From Gammaproteobacteria bacterium (GTDB taxonomy: Bacteria; Pseudomonadota; Gammaproteobacteria; Ga0077536): a stretch of DNA of 64,000 nt. The position numbers and the translations under genes were made by a program. The notes beneath the pieces were generated by a model, which was given only the letters and a program-made list of their open reading frames with translations, did not search any database and was not told the origin of the DNA. The stretch spans positions 61,451 to 125,450 of the forward strand of contig DAOKZI010000008.1 in NCBI GenBank assembly GCA_035325705.1, read 5' to 3'. Of this stretch, positions 17,695 to 27,226 are shown piece after piece (within the stretch, counting starts at the first letter, position 1; each line of letters begins with the position of its first letter).

Positions 17695-18204
17695 ATGGTG
17701 CAAGCGATGCGCATGAATCACATCGGGATCAGCGTGCCGGACATCGAGGCAGCGGTGCGCTGGTACGCCGAGGTGCTGGGCTGCTACGTGCTCGTGCCGC
17801 CGGTCGATGCGAAGAACGACGGCAGCCACTTCGGCAATGCGGTCAAGGACATCTTCGGCAGCCGCTTCGAGGCGGTGAAGATGGCGCACCTCTCGACCGC
17901 CGACGGCGTCGGCATCGAGCTGTTCCAGTTCATCGAGCCGAAGACCGAAGTGCCGGCGAATACCTTCGAGTACTGGCGCGGCGGCATCTTCCACTTCTGT
18001 CTGACGGCGGTCGACATCGAGGCGACGGCCGAGCGCATCGGCGCCAACGGCGGCAAGGTCTTGAGCAAGGTATGGAAGCTGTGGAAGAACAAGGAGTACA
18101 AGGCGGTCTATTGCCAGGACCCCTGGGGCACGATCGTCGAGCTGTGCAGCCGGCCCTACGAGCAGTTCTGGTCGAACCTGATGGAGCATCACGAGTCGTA
18201 CTGA
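17695..18204 (+). CDS. VOC (glyoxalase/bleomycin resistance/dioxygenase) family protein
   Basis: The ATG follows GGGGAGGAAGG. MNHIGISVPDIEAAVRWY is typical of the VOC fold. Confidence 0.85.
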   Translation: MVQAMRMNHIGISVPDIEAAVRWYAEVLGCYVLVPPVDAKNDGSHFGNAVKDIFGSRFEAVKMAHLSTADGVGIELFQFIEPKTEVPANTFEYWRGGIFHFCLTAVDIEATAERIGANGGKVLSKVWKLWKNKEYKAVYCQDPWGTIVELCSRPYEQFWSNLMEHHESY

Positions 18205-18219
18205 GCGCGAGGATTCCCG

Positions 18220-19236
18220 ATGACTACGATAGCGATGGAGCAATGGGGCCGGCGACTCAGCGATACGCTGCGCGCAGCGCTGCGCGAGGGCGATTTCGAG
18301 CGGGCCGCGGCGCTCGTCGCGCACGGCGACGGCATGGCGCGCAGCCTCGCCAAGGAATACAGCCTGATGTATCGCGGCCTCGGCATCACGATCCGCGTGA
18401 TGCTCGAGTCGCTGGCGGGACTCGCGCGCGAGTGGGGCGTCGAAGACGCGCTCGTCGCGCACTGCCGCGCATTCGTCGGCGATCTCAATCGCCTCTACGC
18501 GGCCGCCTGGCAGGGGGCGGCGCAGCCGGTACCGGCCGCGATGTCGGTCGCCGAGGCGAGCGCGCTGGTCGGCGCGACGCTCGCGGCCGGAGAGCTCGAC
18601 TTCGATCGCGCGCACGGCGCGAATGCGCAGGCGACGCTCGCCGCGATCCAAGCTCGGGACGCCGCCGCGGCGCTCGCGCTCGTCGACGTCAAGGAGCGCG
18701 CGCTGTATCTGCCGCTGCACGATCGTTTCGTGCGCTTCATGGCGGACAGCATGGCTTTCGCGCTGAAGCACGGACGCGACGAGGGCCTGATGCGCTTCCA
18801 GATGGAAACCGCGGAAGGCCAGAAGGCGGGCTTCGACAAGTGGGAGGAGATGTCGGCGGCCGAGTTCGCGCAGGTCTCGGCCTTTTTGCTGAAGCTGCAC
18901 ATGGGCGAGGTCACCGTCACCGAGGACGCCCAGCGCTATACCTTGCAGCAGAAGCTCTGCGGCAGCGGCGGCCGCCTGCGCACGATGGGCGCCTACGAGG
19001 GGCCGAACGCGCTGCCCTTCGTCGAGCAGCGGGGGCCGCTGACCTTCGGCCAGCCGCGCCTGCCCGTCTACTGCAGCCACTGTCCCGTGTGGAACGGCGT
19101 CGCGACGCTCAAGTGGTACGGCCGCGTGCACTGGCTGTTCGAGGACGCGGCGCGCGCGGACGGCGGCTGCACCGCCCATATCTACAAGCGCAAGGAAGAT
19201 CAGCCCGAGGCGCTGGTGGCGCCGCTGCGCGGCTGA
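18220..19236 (+). CDS. hypothetical protein with C-terminal Cys cluster
   Basis: 338 aa, 15 nt after the VOC gene, with balanced composition. The cysteines are LCGSGG, YCSHCPVW and GGCTAH. I recognise no family. Confidence 0.7.
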   Translation: MTTIAMEQWGRRLSDTLRAALREGDFERAAALVAHGDGMARSLAKEYSLMYRGLGITIRVMLESLAGLAREWGVEDALVAHCRAFVGDLNRLYAAAWQGAAQPVPAAMSVAEASALVGATLAAGELDFDRAHGANAQATLAAIQARDAAAALALVDVKERALYLPLHDRFVRFMADSMAFALKHGRDEGLMRFQMETAEGQKAGFDKWEEMSAAEFAQVSAFLLKLHMGEVTVTEDAQRYTLQQKLCGSGGRLRTMGAYEGPNALPFVEQRGPLTFGQPRLPVYCSHCPVWNGVATLKWYGRVHWLFEDAARADGGCTAHIYKRKEDQPEALVAPLRG

Positions 19237-19304
19237 GCAGTCGTGCCGAAATCCAGCAAGATCTACGGTCTCTGATAGGCCGTTTTTACACAGGCCGTCG
19301 TCTT

Positions 19305-19597
19305 GTAGCCCGGAAGGAGCGCCGCGCAGCGGCGCGGAATCCGGGAAGGGGGCTCACCACGCCTCTTTCATGATGGCGGGTGACGCGGGCGTCATCACCC
19401 CCAATCATGAAAGCCTTCCAACGTGAACGGCGCTTTCGTAGCCCGGGTGGAGCGCGCAGCGCGTAACCCGGGATCCGGCGCTCGCCGTCTCTCATGCATT
19501 CGAGGAGATTCGGCGCGGTGCGCGCCGCGCAGGGCCGAAAGCCTTTGCGTATCGGGCATGTCGGATCCCGGGTTCCGCTACGCTGCACCCGGGCTAC
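19305..19597. repeat. REP mosaic: C, F module, A-long element
   Basis: REP-C GTAGCCCGGAAGGAGCGCCGCGCAGCGGCGCGGAATCCGGGA is at 19305-19346. The F module is at 19348-19412. The 160-bp A-long element (19438-19597) consists of REP-A, an 88-bp core and an inverted REP-A. Further copies lie at 34267-34426 (inverted) and 35404-35563. Confidence 0.85.
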
Positions 19598-19695
19598 GAG
19601 AACGGGGGCTTCCTCTTTCACGGCAACCTACGATGCTGCCACCGTCGCTCGTCTGCGGCCATGAGCACCAGCGTTACGGAGACTCCGTCAATCTA

Positions 19696-19763
19696 TTTCT
19701 TTTCTCGTGTTCTCCGTGGCAGCGCGTAGCGCACTTCATCCGCCCTCGGTGTTCTCCGTGGCC
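19696..19763. repeat. E-type CTCCGTG repeat arms
   Basis: TTTCTTTTCTCGTGTTCTCCGTGGCAGCGCG lies at 19696-19727 and GTGTTCTCCGTGGCC at 19749-19763. The second overlaps the last codons of dusC. Confidence 0.7.
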
Positions 19764-20776
19764 AAAGCGGCCGGTGGGCGGCAATTGCACGGGGCCGCGG
19801 CCTGCGCGAGGTAGGCGCCGATCGCGTCGGCGTCACGCAGCTCGCGTACGCGTTCGAAGAGCTGCGCGGCCTGCGGGTAATGCCGGCGCAGCAGGTTCAG
19901 CCACTGCTTTAGGCGGCCCGGCGCATGGCGGGGCGCGAGATCGCGCGTCACGCGCTGCCAGTAGTCGTCGAGCATCGGCAGCAGCCGCGGCCAGTCTTCC
20001 GCATGCGCACGATCGGGAACGCCGGCGAGGCGCGCGCGGATGCGCTCGACGAGGAAGGGATCGGCGACGGCGCCGCGGCCCAGCATCGCGTCGGCGCGGC
20101 CGCTCTCGGCGCGGCAGCGCAGATAGTCCTCGACGGTCCAGATTTCACCGTTGGCGACGACGGGCACCCGCACCGCCTCCGCGATCCGCGCGACCCACGT
20201 CCAGTGCGCGGGCGGCCGGTAGCGCTCGTCGCGCGTGCGGGCGTGCACCACGATCACTTCGACCCCCGCAGCCTCGAGCGCCTGCGCCGCCTCGATCGCG
20301 CGCGAGCAGTCCTGCACGCCGAGCCGCATCTTGGCACTGAAGCGCGTGCGGCCGCCGATCGCGCCGCCGACCGCCGCGGTCACCGCGTACAGCAGCTCCG
20401 GTTCGTCGAGCAGCACTGCACCGCCGCGGTGGCGGTTCACCTGCGGCGCAGGGCAACCGAAGTTCAGATCGATGCCGGCCGGGGCGAGCGTCAGGAGCCG
20501 CGCCACGTTCGCGACCAGGCGCTCGGGATCCGAGCCGAGCAACTGCACGCGCAGCGGAACGCCGCTCGCGGTCCGCGACCCCGTTGCGAGTTCGGGCGCC
20601 ATGCGCAGGAAATAGCGGCGCGGCAGCACTTCCTGCGTCACGCGCACGAACTCCGTCACGCACCAGTCGTAGGATGCCACGCCCGTCAGCACCGCGCGCA
20701 GACGCGCGTCGAGCAGGCCCTCCATCGGGGCGAGCAGCAGGCGCGGGGGCGGGCGGAGTGAAGTCGGAACTGGCAT
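19736..20776 (-). CDS. dusC: tRNA-dihydrouridine synthase (DusC-like)
   Basis: I chose the ATG at 20774-20776 (MPVPTSL). LLAPMEGL, IDLNFGCP and a TIM-barrel Dus pattern are present. The C-terminal roughly 10 aa run into an E repeat. Confidence 0.85.
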   Translation of the reverse strand: MPVPTSLRPPPRLLLAPMEGLLDARLRAVLTGVASYDWCVTEFVRVTQEVLPRRYFLRMAPELATGSRTASGVPLRVQLLGSDPERLVANVARLLTLAPAGIDLNFGCPAPQVNRHRGGAVLLDEPELLYAVTAAVGGAIGGRTRFSAKMRLGVQDCSRAIEAAQALEAAGVEVIVVHARTRDERYRPPAHWTWVARIAEAVRVPVVANGEIWTVEDYLRCRAESGRADAMLGRGAVADPFLVERIRARLAGVPDRAHAEDWPRLLPMLDDYWQRVTRDLAPRHAPGRLKQWLNLLRRHYPQAAQLFERVRELRDADAIGAYLAQAAAPCNCRPPAALATENTEGG

Positions 20777-21053
20777 CGGACCGGCGCACGGCAAGCGGCG
20801 AGGGCCGGCATGGTAAGCGAATCCGCCGCGCGCGTCGGCCCATCGGCGGCCGATCGCCCCCCTACGTCGTTCCCGGGGCGGCGGGAACCCGGTCCGCCTC
20901 ATGCGGCACGATCCGATGCGCCTCCAGCGGCCCCCGCCCTTCGCAAGGCAGGCTCGGACGGGGATGACCAAATCCGAATAGCCGGTGGAGCGCCCGGTTA
21001 TCTAGAATGGCGCCAGGCCGCCGGCCCCCTATCCTTCCAGTCGAGTCAGCACC

Positions 21054-21776
21054 ATGGGACGCATATTCGAGACCCGCAAGCACACGATGTTCGCGCGCTG
21101 GGACCGCATGGCCAAGCAGTTCACGCGCATCGGCAAGGACATCGCGATCGCGGTGCGCGCCGGCGGCGGCGATCCGGCGAACAACCCGGCTCTGCGCCGC
21201 GTGATTCAGAACGCCCGCGCCGTGAACATGCCGAAGGACAAGATCGAAGCCGCGATCAAGCGCGCGCTAGGCAAGGACGCGACGAACTACGAGACGGTCG
21301 TCTACGAAGGCTACGCGCCGCACGGCGTCGCGCTGCTCGTCGAGACCGCGACCGATAACCCGACGCGCACCGTGGCCAGCGTGCGCAGCGCCTTCAACAA
21401 GCACGGCGGGAATCTCGGGATCAGCGGCAGCGTCAACTTCATGTTCAAGCGCATGGGCGTGTTTCGCATCAATCCCGAGGGCATCGATCAAGACGATCTC
21501 GAGCTCTACCTCATCGATCACGGTCTCGAGGAGATGGGCGAGAGCACCGGCGAGAAGGGCGAGCCGCAGATCCTCGCGCGCTGCGACTTCCCGCATTTCG
21601 GCCAGATGCAGAAGGCGCTGGAAGACCGCGGCGTCGCCGTCATCTCGGCCGAAAGCGAATACATCTGCCTCACGCCGACCGAGCTGCCCGAAGATCGGGC
21701 CAACGAAGTGATGGAGCTGGTCGACAGGCTCGAGCAGGACGACGACGTGCAGAAGGTGTATCACACGCTGGCATGA
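21054..21776 (+). CDS. yebC: YebC/PmpR family DNA-binding transcriptional regulator
   Basis: 240 aa with the near-canonical N-terminus [30 protein letters not shown]. Confidence 0.95.
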   Translation: MGRIFETRKHTMFARWDRMAKQFTRIGKDIAIAVRAGGGDPANNPALRRVIQNARAVNMPKDKIEAAIKRALGKDATNYETVVYEGYAPHGVALLVETATDNPTRTVASVRSAFNKHGGNLGISGSVNFMFKRMGVFRINPEGIDQDDLELYLIDHGLEEMGESTGEKGEPQILARCDFPHFGQMQKALEDRGVAVISAESEYICLTPTELPEDRANEVMELVDRLEQDDDVQKVYHTLA

Positions 21777-21784
21777 GGCGGTCC

Positions 21785-21976
21785 GATCCCGGATTCGCTG
21801 CGCTCATCCGGGCTACAAGAAGGACCTCATAGCCCGCAAGCAGCGCAGCGGAATGCGGGTGCCGGTCGTAACGGCCGAGCCATGCCCTCCCAGATTCCGC
21901 GCCGCTGCGCGGCGCTCCTTCCGGACCACAAGACAAGGGTCTTCGTAGCCCGGATGAGCGCAGCGAATCCGGGATC
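21785..21976. repeat. 192-bp REP mosaic with order B-inverted, G, C-inverted, B
   Basis: The units are at 21785-21816, 21829-21860, 21888-21929 and 21945-21976. The same order recurs at 41247-41439. Confidence 0.85.
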
Positions 21977-22005
21977 CGGCCTCCAATCAAAACGCCGCCG
22001 TCGCT

Positions 22006-22644
22006 TCACGCCGCCTCCGCCACCGCCCGCAGACGCGCGCGCCGCAGGCTGCGGCGCAGCCGCCAGCCGAGCAGCAGCGCGAGGACCGCGGCGTAGATCC
22101 ACACGTCCTCGTAGTGATGCTTGCCGCTGCGCATCCAGAACAAATGCAGCAGGCCGAGCAGGGCGATCGGATAGACGAGCCGATGCAAGGCCTGCCAGCG
22201 GCGCGGGCCCAGCGCGCGCAGCGCACGCGTCGTTGACGTGGCGGCGAGCGGCAGGAGCGCGAGAAAGGCGGCGAAGCCGACGAGGATGAACGGACGCTTC
22301 GCGATGTCGCGTGCAATGTCGGCAACGACCAGACCTTGATCGAACACCGCATAGCACAGCAAATGCAGCACGGCGTAGGTGAAGGCGAACAGGCCCAGCA
22401 TGCGCCGATAGCGCGCGAAGGCGGCGATCCCGGTCGCGACGCGCAGCGGCGTCAGCGCGAGGCAGGCATAGAGAAAGCGCAGCGCCCAGTCGCCGTTGGC
22501 ACGGATCAAGGTCTCCGCCGGATTCGCGCCGAGCTCGTCCATGGCGGCGCCGGCGATCAGCGAGGCGAGCGGCAGCAGACACAGTGCGAACACGAGCGGC
22601 TTCACGAGCCGCGTCCGCTCGACCACGCGCAGCAGGCGTTTCAT
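22006..22644 (-). CDS. msrQ: protein-methionine-sulfoxide reductase heme-binding subunit MsrQ
   Basis: 212 aa with six TM segments and conserved His residues (YAVLHLL, ALHRLVY, LHLFWM). Its ATG overlaps the msrP TGA by 1 nt. Confidence 0.9.
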   Translation of the reverse strand: MKRLLRVVERTRLVKPLVFALCLLPLASLIAGAAMDELGANPAETLIRANGDWALRFLYACLALTPLRVATGIAAFARYRRMLGLFAFTYAVLHLLCYAVFDQGLVVADIARDIAKRPFILVGFAAFLALLPLAATSTTRALRALGPRRWQALHRLVYPIALLGLLHLFWMRSGKHHYEDVWIYAAVLALLLGWRLRRSLRRARLRAVAEAA

Positions 22645-23636
22645 CAGTAGAACTTCGCGAGATCCATGCCGGCGTAGAGCTCGGCGACCTGCGGCGCATA
22701 GCCGTTGAAGAGCAGCGTGCGCCGGCGGCGCGCGAACAGTCCGCTGCCGTCGCCGAGGCGGCGCTCGGTCGCCTGACTCCAGCGCGGATGATCGACGTCG
22801 GGATTCACGTTCGCGTAGAAGCCGTACTCGCGCGGGGCGGTCTTCTCCCAGGCCGTGATCGGCCGCTGCTCGACGAGCCGCAGGCGCGCGAGCGACTTGG
22901 CGCTCTTGAAGCCGTACTTCCACGGCACGACCAGCCGCAGCGGCGCGCCGTTCTGATTCGGCAGCACTTCGCCGTACATGCCGAAGGCGAGCATCGCCAG
23001 CGGATGGAGCGCCTCGTCGAGCCTCAAGCCTTCGCGATAGGGCCAATCGATGACGGAAGAATTGAGGTTCGGCATGGTGTCCGGATCGGCGAGGCTCGTG
23101 AACTCCACGTACTTCGCGCTGCCCAGCGGCTCGACTTCGCGCAGCAGCCGCGCCAGCGAGTAGCCCACCCACGGGATCACCATCGACCAGCCCTCGACGC
23201 AGCGCAGGCGATAGACGCGTTCCTCCATCGGCGCCAGCGCGAGCAGCGCGTCGAGATCGAAGCTGCGCGGCCGCGCGACGAGACCCTCGACGGTGACGGT
23301 CCACGGCCGCGTCTTCATCGCCGGCGCATGGGCGGCGGGATCGGTTTTCTCGAAACCGAACTCGTAGAAATTGTTGTAGTTCGTCGCCTCACGCGCGGCC
23401 GTGATCGGATCGGTCGCGCGGGCGCCCGGCAGCGCGGACGGCGTGGGATGCAGCGCCGTCGGCGGCGGATGCGGGGCCGCGCGGGCCTGGCGGCCGGCCC
23501 AGGCCGCGAGCCCGCTGCCGGCCGCGCCCAGCGCGAGCGCCTGCAGCAGCCGGCGACGGCCGAGGCAGACTTCGCGCGGCGTGATTTCACTGGGGATGGG
23601 ATGATCGTAGCCGCGATCGCGATAGGCTCGGTTCAT
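22644..23636 (-). CDS. msrP: protein-methionine-sulfoxide reductase catalytic subunit MsrP
   Basis: I preferred the ATG at 23634-23636 (MNRAY) because GAGGAGG lies 6 nt upstream. The Tat signal is [15 protein letters not shown] and CVEGWS are molybdopterin oxidoreductase motifs. Confidence 0.9.
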   Translation of the reverse strand: MNRAYRDRGYDHPIPSEITPREVCLGRRRLLQALALGAAGSGLAAWAGRQARAAPHPPPTALHPTPSALPGARATDPITAAREATNYNNFYEFGFEKTDPAAHAPAMKTRPWTVTVEGLVARPRSFDLDALLALAPMEERVYRLRCVEGWSMVIPWVGYSLARLLREVEPLGSAKYVEFTSLADPDTMPNLNSSVIDWPYREGLRLDEALHPLAMLAFGMYGEVLPNQNGAPLRLVVPWKYGFKSAKSLARLRLVEQRPITAWEKTAPREYGFYANVNPDVDHPRWSQATERRLGDGSGLFARRRRTLLFNGYAPQVAELYAGMDLAKFY

Positions 23637-23863
23637 CGAGGACCTCCTCGTCATCGTCGTCGGTTCGCCGCCGGCGCGCTCCGGTGTCGACCGCGGCGCG
23701 CGCGAGAAATTCCATCCATCGGCTGCACGCGCGGCGAGGGGCTTCCGGCGCTCGGCGACCCGCCGCGACGCCGGGGGAGGACAACATTCTCGAGCGCCGG
23801 GACGCGAGCATCGTCGCTGGCCGCACGGTCGCCGGTCGAACGCCCCGGCCGCCCGTCTGCGGG

Positions 23864-25210
23864 ATGATCGCATGCGCGGACTCCCGTACGATGGCGCGAG
23901 CCGCGCGGCTCGCCTCCCGCTGCGCGCGCGTCGAGCTTCAGGAGTTGCGGGTCTTGCTGCGTGTTCTCGGCTGGTTGGCGCTGCTCGCCGGTGTGGGCCT
24001 GATCGCCGCCGTGTTGGCATTGCCGTTTGCTCTCGTCGACGACGTCCCGCGGGTCGAGGCGAGCGCGCGGCTCAAGCCGCCGCAGATTGCGCGCGCGCGC
24101 GCGCTGCTTGCCGAGCACGATCCGCGCCGTCTGCGCGACGGTGACGTCCGCGCCTTAAAGCTGTCGGCCGACGAGCTCGGCCTGATGGCGAACTACGTGC
24201 TCGCGCAGCTCGGCGGCGGCGCCTCGCGCGTTCAGATCGGTCCGCACCTGCTGGAGGCGTTCATGACCGCGCGGCTGCCGCCGAATCCTCTCGGCCGCTA
24301 TCTCAACGTCGAGCTCGGGCTCAGCGAAACCGCCGCGATGCCGCTCGTCGATCGCCTGCGCGTCGGCCGCATCGAAGTGCCCAGCCTGTTCGTGAACCCG
24401 CTGCTCGCCGGCGCGCTGCACCTTGCCTATGCGCGCGTGGGACTGGCCGATCCGGGCTCACTGCTCCACGGCGTCGAATTCGGCGACGATGGCATCGTCG
24501 TGCACTACCAGTGGCGCACGGCCATCGCCGACGCCGTGCGCAAGCAGCTCGTACCGGTGGAAGACGCCGTGCGCCTGCGCGAGTTCCACGGCGTGCTCGT
24601 CGCGCTGACGCGGCAGGGCGCGGGCGCGCTGCCGCTGCCGCAGCTCCTCGCGCCGCTGTTCGAGCTCGCGGCCTCACGCGCCGCGACCGGCGATCCGCAG
24701 GCCGACAATCGCGCGCTGCTGCTGGTGCTGTCGAGCTATCTCAGCGGCCGGCGTCTCGATGCGCTGGTGCCCGGCGCCGCCGATTGGCCGAGCGCGACCC
24801 GCCGCAGCGTGCGGCTGCACGGTCGTGTCGATCTCGCGAAGCATTTCGTGAATTCCGCCGCGCTCGCGGCGACGGGCGGTCAGGCGGTGGCGCAGACGCT
24901 CGGGCTCTTCAAGGAGCTCGACGACTCGCGCAGCGGCTCCGGCTTCAGCTTCATCGATCTGATGGCCGACGAAGCCGGTACGCGCTTCGGCAAGCGCGCC
25001 ACCGAATCCCGCGTGATGGCGCGCGCCCTGCAGCCGCGCGCCGCGACCGCGCTCGCCGATGCGGACTGGATGCCGACGCCGGAGGGCTTGCGCGAACACA
25101 TGAGCGAAGCCGAATTCAATCGCCGCTACGGCGGCGTCGACGGCCCCGGCTATCGCGAAGTCCTCGCCGACATCAGCCGCCGCGTCGACGACCTGGCGCT
25201 TTACCGATGA
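23864..25210 (+). CDS. hypothetical membrane-anchored protein
   Basis: The start is ATG 23864 or 23891. It has a single N-terminal TM segment ([22 protein letters not shown]) and then about 400 aa of well-composed sequence. I recognise no family. It lies divergent from msrPQ. Confidence 0.65.
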   Translation: MIACADSRTMARAARLASRCARVELQELRVLLRVLGWLALLAGVGLIAAVLALPFALVDDVPRVEASARLKPPQIARARALLAEHDPRRLRDGDVRALKLSADELGLMANYVLAQLGGGASRVQIGPHLLEAFMTARLPPNPLGRYLNVELGLSETAAMPLVDRLRVGRIEVPSLFVNPLLAGALHLAYARVGLADPGSLLHGVEFGDDGIVVHYQWRTAIADAVRKQLVPVEDAVRLREFHGVLVALTRQGAGALPLPQLLAPLFELAASRAATGDPQADNRALLLVLSSYLSGRRLDALVPGAADWPSATRRSVRLHGRVDLAKHFVNSAALAATGGQAVAQTLGLFKELDDSRSGSGFSFIDLMADEAGTRFGKRATESRVMARALQPRAATALADADWMPTPEGLREHMSEAEFNRRYGGVDGPGYREVLADISRRVDDLALYR

Positions 25211-25238
25211 TGGGACCCACGAACGGCGCCATCCTCTT

Positions 25239-25270
25239 GTAGCGCGCAAGGAGCGTAGCGGAATGCGGGT
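25239..25270 (+). repeat. REP family G unit
   Basis: The unit reads GTAGCGCGCAAGGAGCGTAGCGGAATGCGGGT. Confidence 0.75.
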
Positions 25271-25392
25271 TCCTGCCCTTACGATTTGAAGGCTCGAGCC
25301 CGCCGGCGAGCGGCGGCGGATCGAACCCCACGAGTCATGGGGCTATCGCCGCCGCCGTGTCCCGCGCGGACGCTTCCGGTCATAATCGGCGG

Positions 25393-26244
25393 ATGAAAAT
25401 CCAGCTCATGAGCGACCTGCATCTCGAGGTCAACGCCGAGTTCGTGCCGCAGCCCGCACCGGAAGCGGAGCTCCTCGTCCTCGCCGGCGACATCGGTGCC
25501 GGCCCGGACAGCCCGCTTGCCTCGCACGGAGCGGCCGACTGGTGTCTCACGCGCTTCTCGCCGCGCCTCGGCCACTGGCCGGTGCCGGTGCTCTACGTGC
25601 CCGGCAATCACGAATATGACGGCCGCGACTTCGACGACTGCCATGCGCGGCTGCGCGAGCTGGTCGAGACGCTCGGGATCACGTGGCTGGAGCGCGAAGT
25701 GCTGACGCTGGACGGCGTGCGCTTCATCGGCACCACGCTGTGGGCGGATTTCGACGCACTGTCCGATCTGCCCTCGCACGTGCCCGGTTCGATGACGCAC
25801 AACCTGCGCATGCGCGAAAAGGCGTTTCGCGCCGCGAACTACTACCTCGAGAAATCGCGCACCCTGCGCGACGGCGTGCTGTTCGATGCGGCGGCGATGC
25901 GCGAGGAATCGCTGCGCTGTCAGCGTTGGCTGCGCGCGGCACTGGCCGCGCCGCACGCGGGGCCCACGGTCGTCGTCACGCATTTCGCGCCCAGTCTCGC
26001 GAGCCACGATCCGCGCTACGGCATCACGCCGGGCACGGCCGGTTTCTGCAATGTGATGGACGATCTGGTGCCCGCCGCCGATCTGTGGCTGCACGGCCAT
26101 CTGCACTGCTCGAACGACTATCGCATCGGCCACTGCCGCGTGCTCGCCAATCCGCTCGGCTATGCCTATCAGGACGAGCAGGCGGGCTACCTGCCCCACT
26201 GCGTGATCGACACCGCCGAGCTCGCCGAAGCAGGCCACGCGTGA
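25393..26244 (+). CDS. metallophosphoesterase
   Basis: I chose the ATG at 25393. MKIQLMSDLHLE, GDIG and GNHEY are calcineurin-like phosphoesterase motifs. Confidence 0.85.
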   Translation: MKIQLMSDLHLEVNAEFVPQPAPEAELLVLAGDIGAGPDSPLASHGAADWCLTRFSPRLGHWPVPVLYVPGNHEYDGRDFDDCHARLRELVETLGITWLEREVLTLDGVRFIGTTLWADFDALSDLPSHVPGSMTHNLRMREKAFRAANYYLEKSRTLRDGVLFDAAAMREESLRCQRWLRAALAAPHAGPTVVVTHFAPSLASHDPRYGITPGTAGFCNVMDDLVPAADLWLHGHLHCSNDYRIGHCRVLANPLGYAYQDEQAGYLPHCVIDTAELAEAGHA

Positions 26245-26948
26245 CGAAGACACTGCCGCTCGTACTCTGTCCGGGCCTGCTGTGCGACGCCGCGCTGTGG
26301 GCGCCGCAGATCGAGGCGCTGCGCGATCTCGCCGAGATCTACATTCCGGATGTGGCGCAGGAAGACACGATGAGCGGCATGGGTGCCGCGGTGCTGAGCG
26401 CGGCGCCGTGGCCGCAGTTCGCGCTCGCCGGCCTGTCGATGGGCGGCTACGTCGCGCTCGAAGCCTTCATGCAGGCGCCGCGGCGCGTGACGCGGCTCGC
26501 GCTGCTCGATGCGCGCGCGCGGCCGGAGACCGCGGCCGATCGCGCGCGTCGCGACCAGTTGATCGCGCTCGTGCAGCGCGAACGCGGCTTCGCGACGCTG
26601 ACGCGCCAGCTTTTGCCGCTGATGGTGCACGCCTCGCGCCTCGACGACGCCGGACTGCGCGATACGCTCGTCGGCATGGCCGAGCGTACCGGCGTGGAGG
26701 TGTATGCGCGCCAGCAGCGCGCGATCGTCTCGCGCCGCGATTTCCGGCCGCTGCTGCGCCACGTCGACGTACCGACGCTCGTGCTGTGCGGTTGCGACGA
26801 TCAGATCACGCCGCTCGATTGCAGCGAGGAAATGGCGGCCGCGATCCCGGACGCGACGCTCGTCGCGATCGAGGACTGCGGGCACCTGTCGACGCTCGAA
26901 GCGCCCGCCGCCGTGAACGCCGCGATGCGGCGCTGGCTCGCCGCCTGA
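26241..26948 (+). CDS. alpha/beta hydrolase
   Basis: The GTG start overlaps the preceding stop as GTGA. The nucleophile elbow is GLSMGG and a C-terminal DCGH is present. Confidence 0.85.
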   Translation: MTKTLPLVLCPGLLCDAALWAPQIEALRDLAEIYIPDVAQEDTMSGMGAAVLSAAPWPQFALAGLSMGGYVALEAFMQAPRRVTRLALLDARARPETAADRARRDQLIALVQRERGFATLTRQLLPLMVHASRLDDAGLRDTLVGMAERTGVEVYARQQRAIVSRRDFRPLLRHVDVPTLVLCGCDDQITPLDCSEEMAAAIPDATLVAIEDCGHLSTLEAPAAVNAAMRRWLAA

Positions 26949-26959
26949 ACGACCCACCG

Positions 26960-26997
26960 GATCCCGGATTGCGCGCTGCGTGTTCCACCCGGGCTAC
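26960..26997 (-). repeat. REP unit, A/B hybrid
   Basis: The unit reads GATCCCGGATTGCGCGCTGCGTGTTCCACCCGGGCTAC. Confidence 0.75.
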
Positions 26998-27226
26998 GAG
27001 CAACGATCGCCGCGCGAAAAGGAGCTCAAGGCCGACGCATTTCGGCCGCTGAGATCGGGTACAGCCACCTTCCGGTTTGCGCCCCGCACGGGACGGTCGG
27101 TCGGCCTCTCACTGTGAACAATTGATCCGCCTGCCGGATCCCTGCGCCCGTTCCGGCGCCGGGGCGGTCGCGCTCGTTACAGTGGGAAAGGCCCCAGGCT
27201 CCCGGTCGGTAGACAAGGACGCGGAG

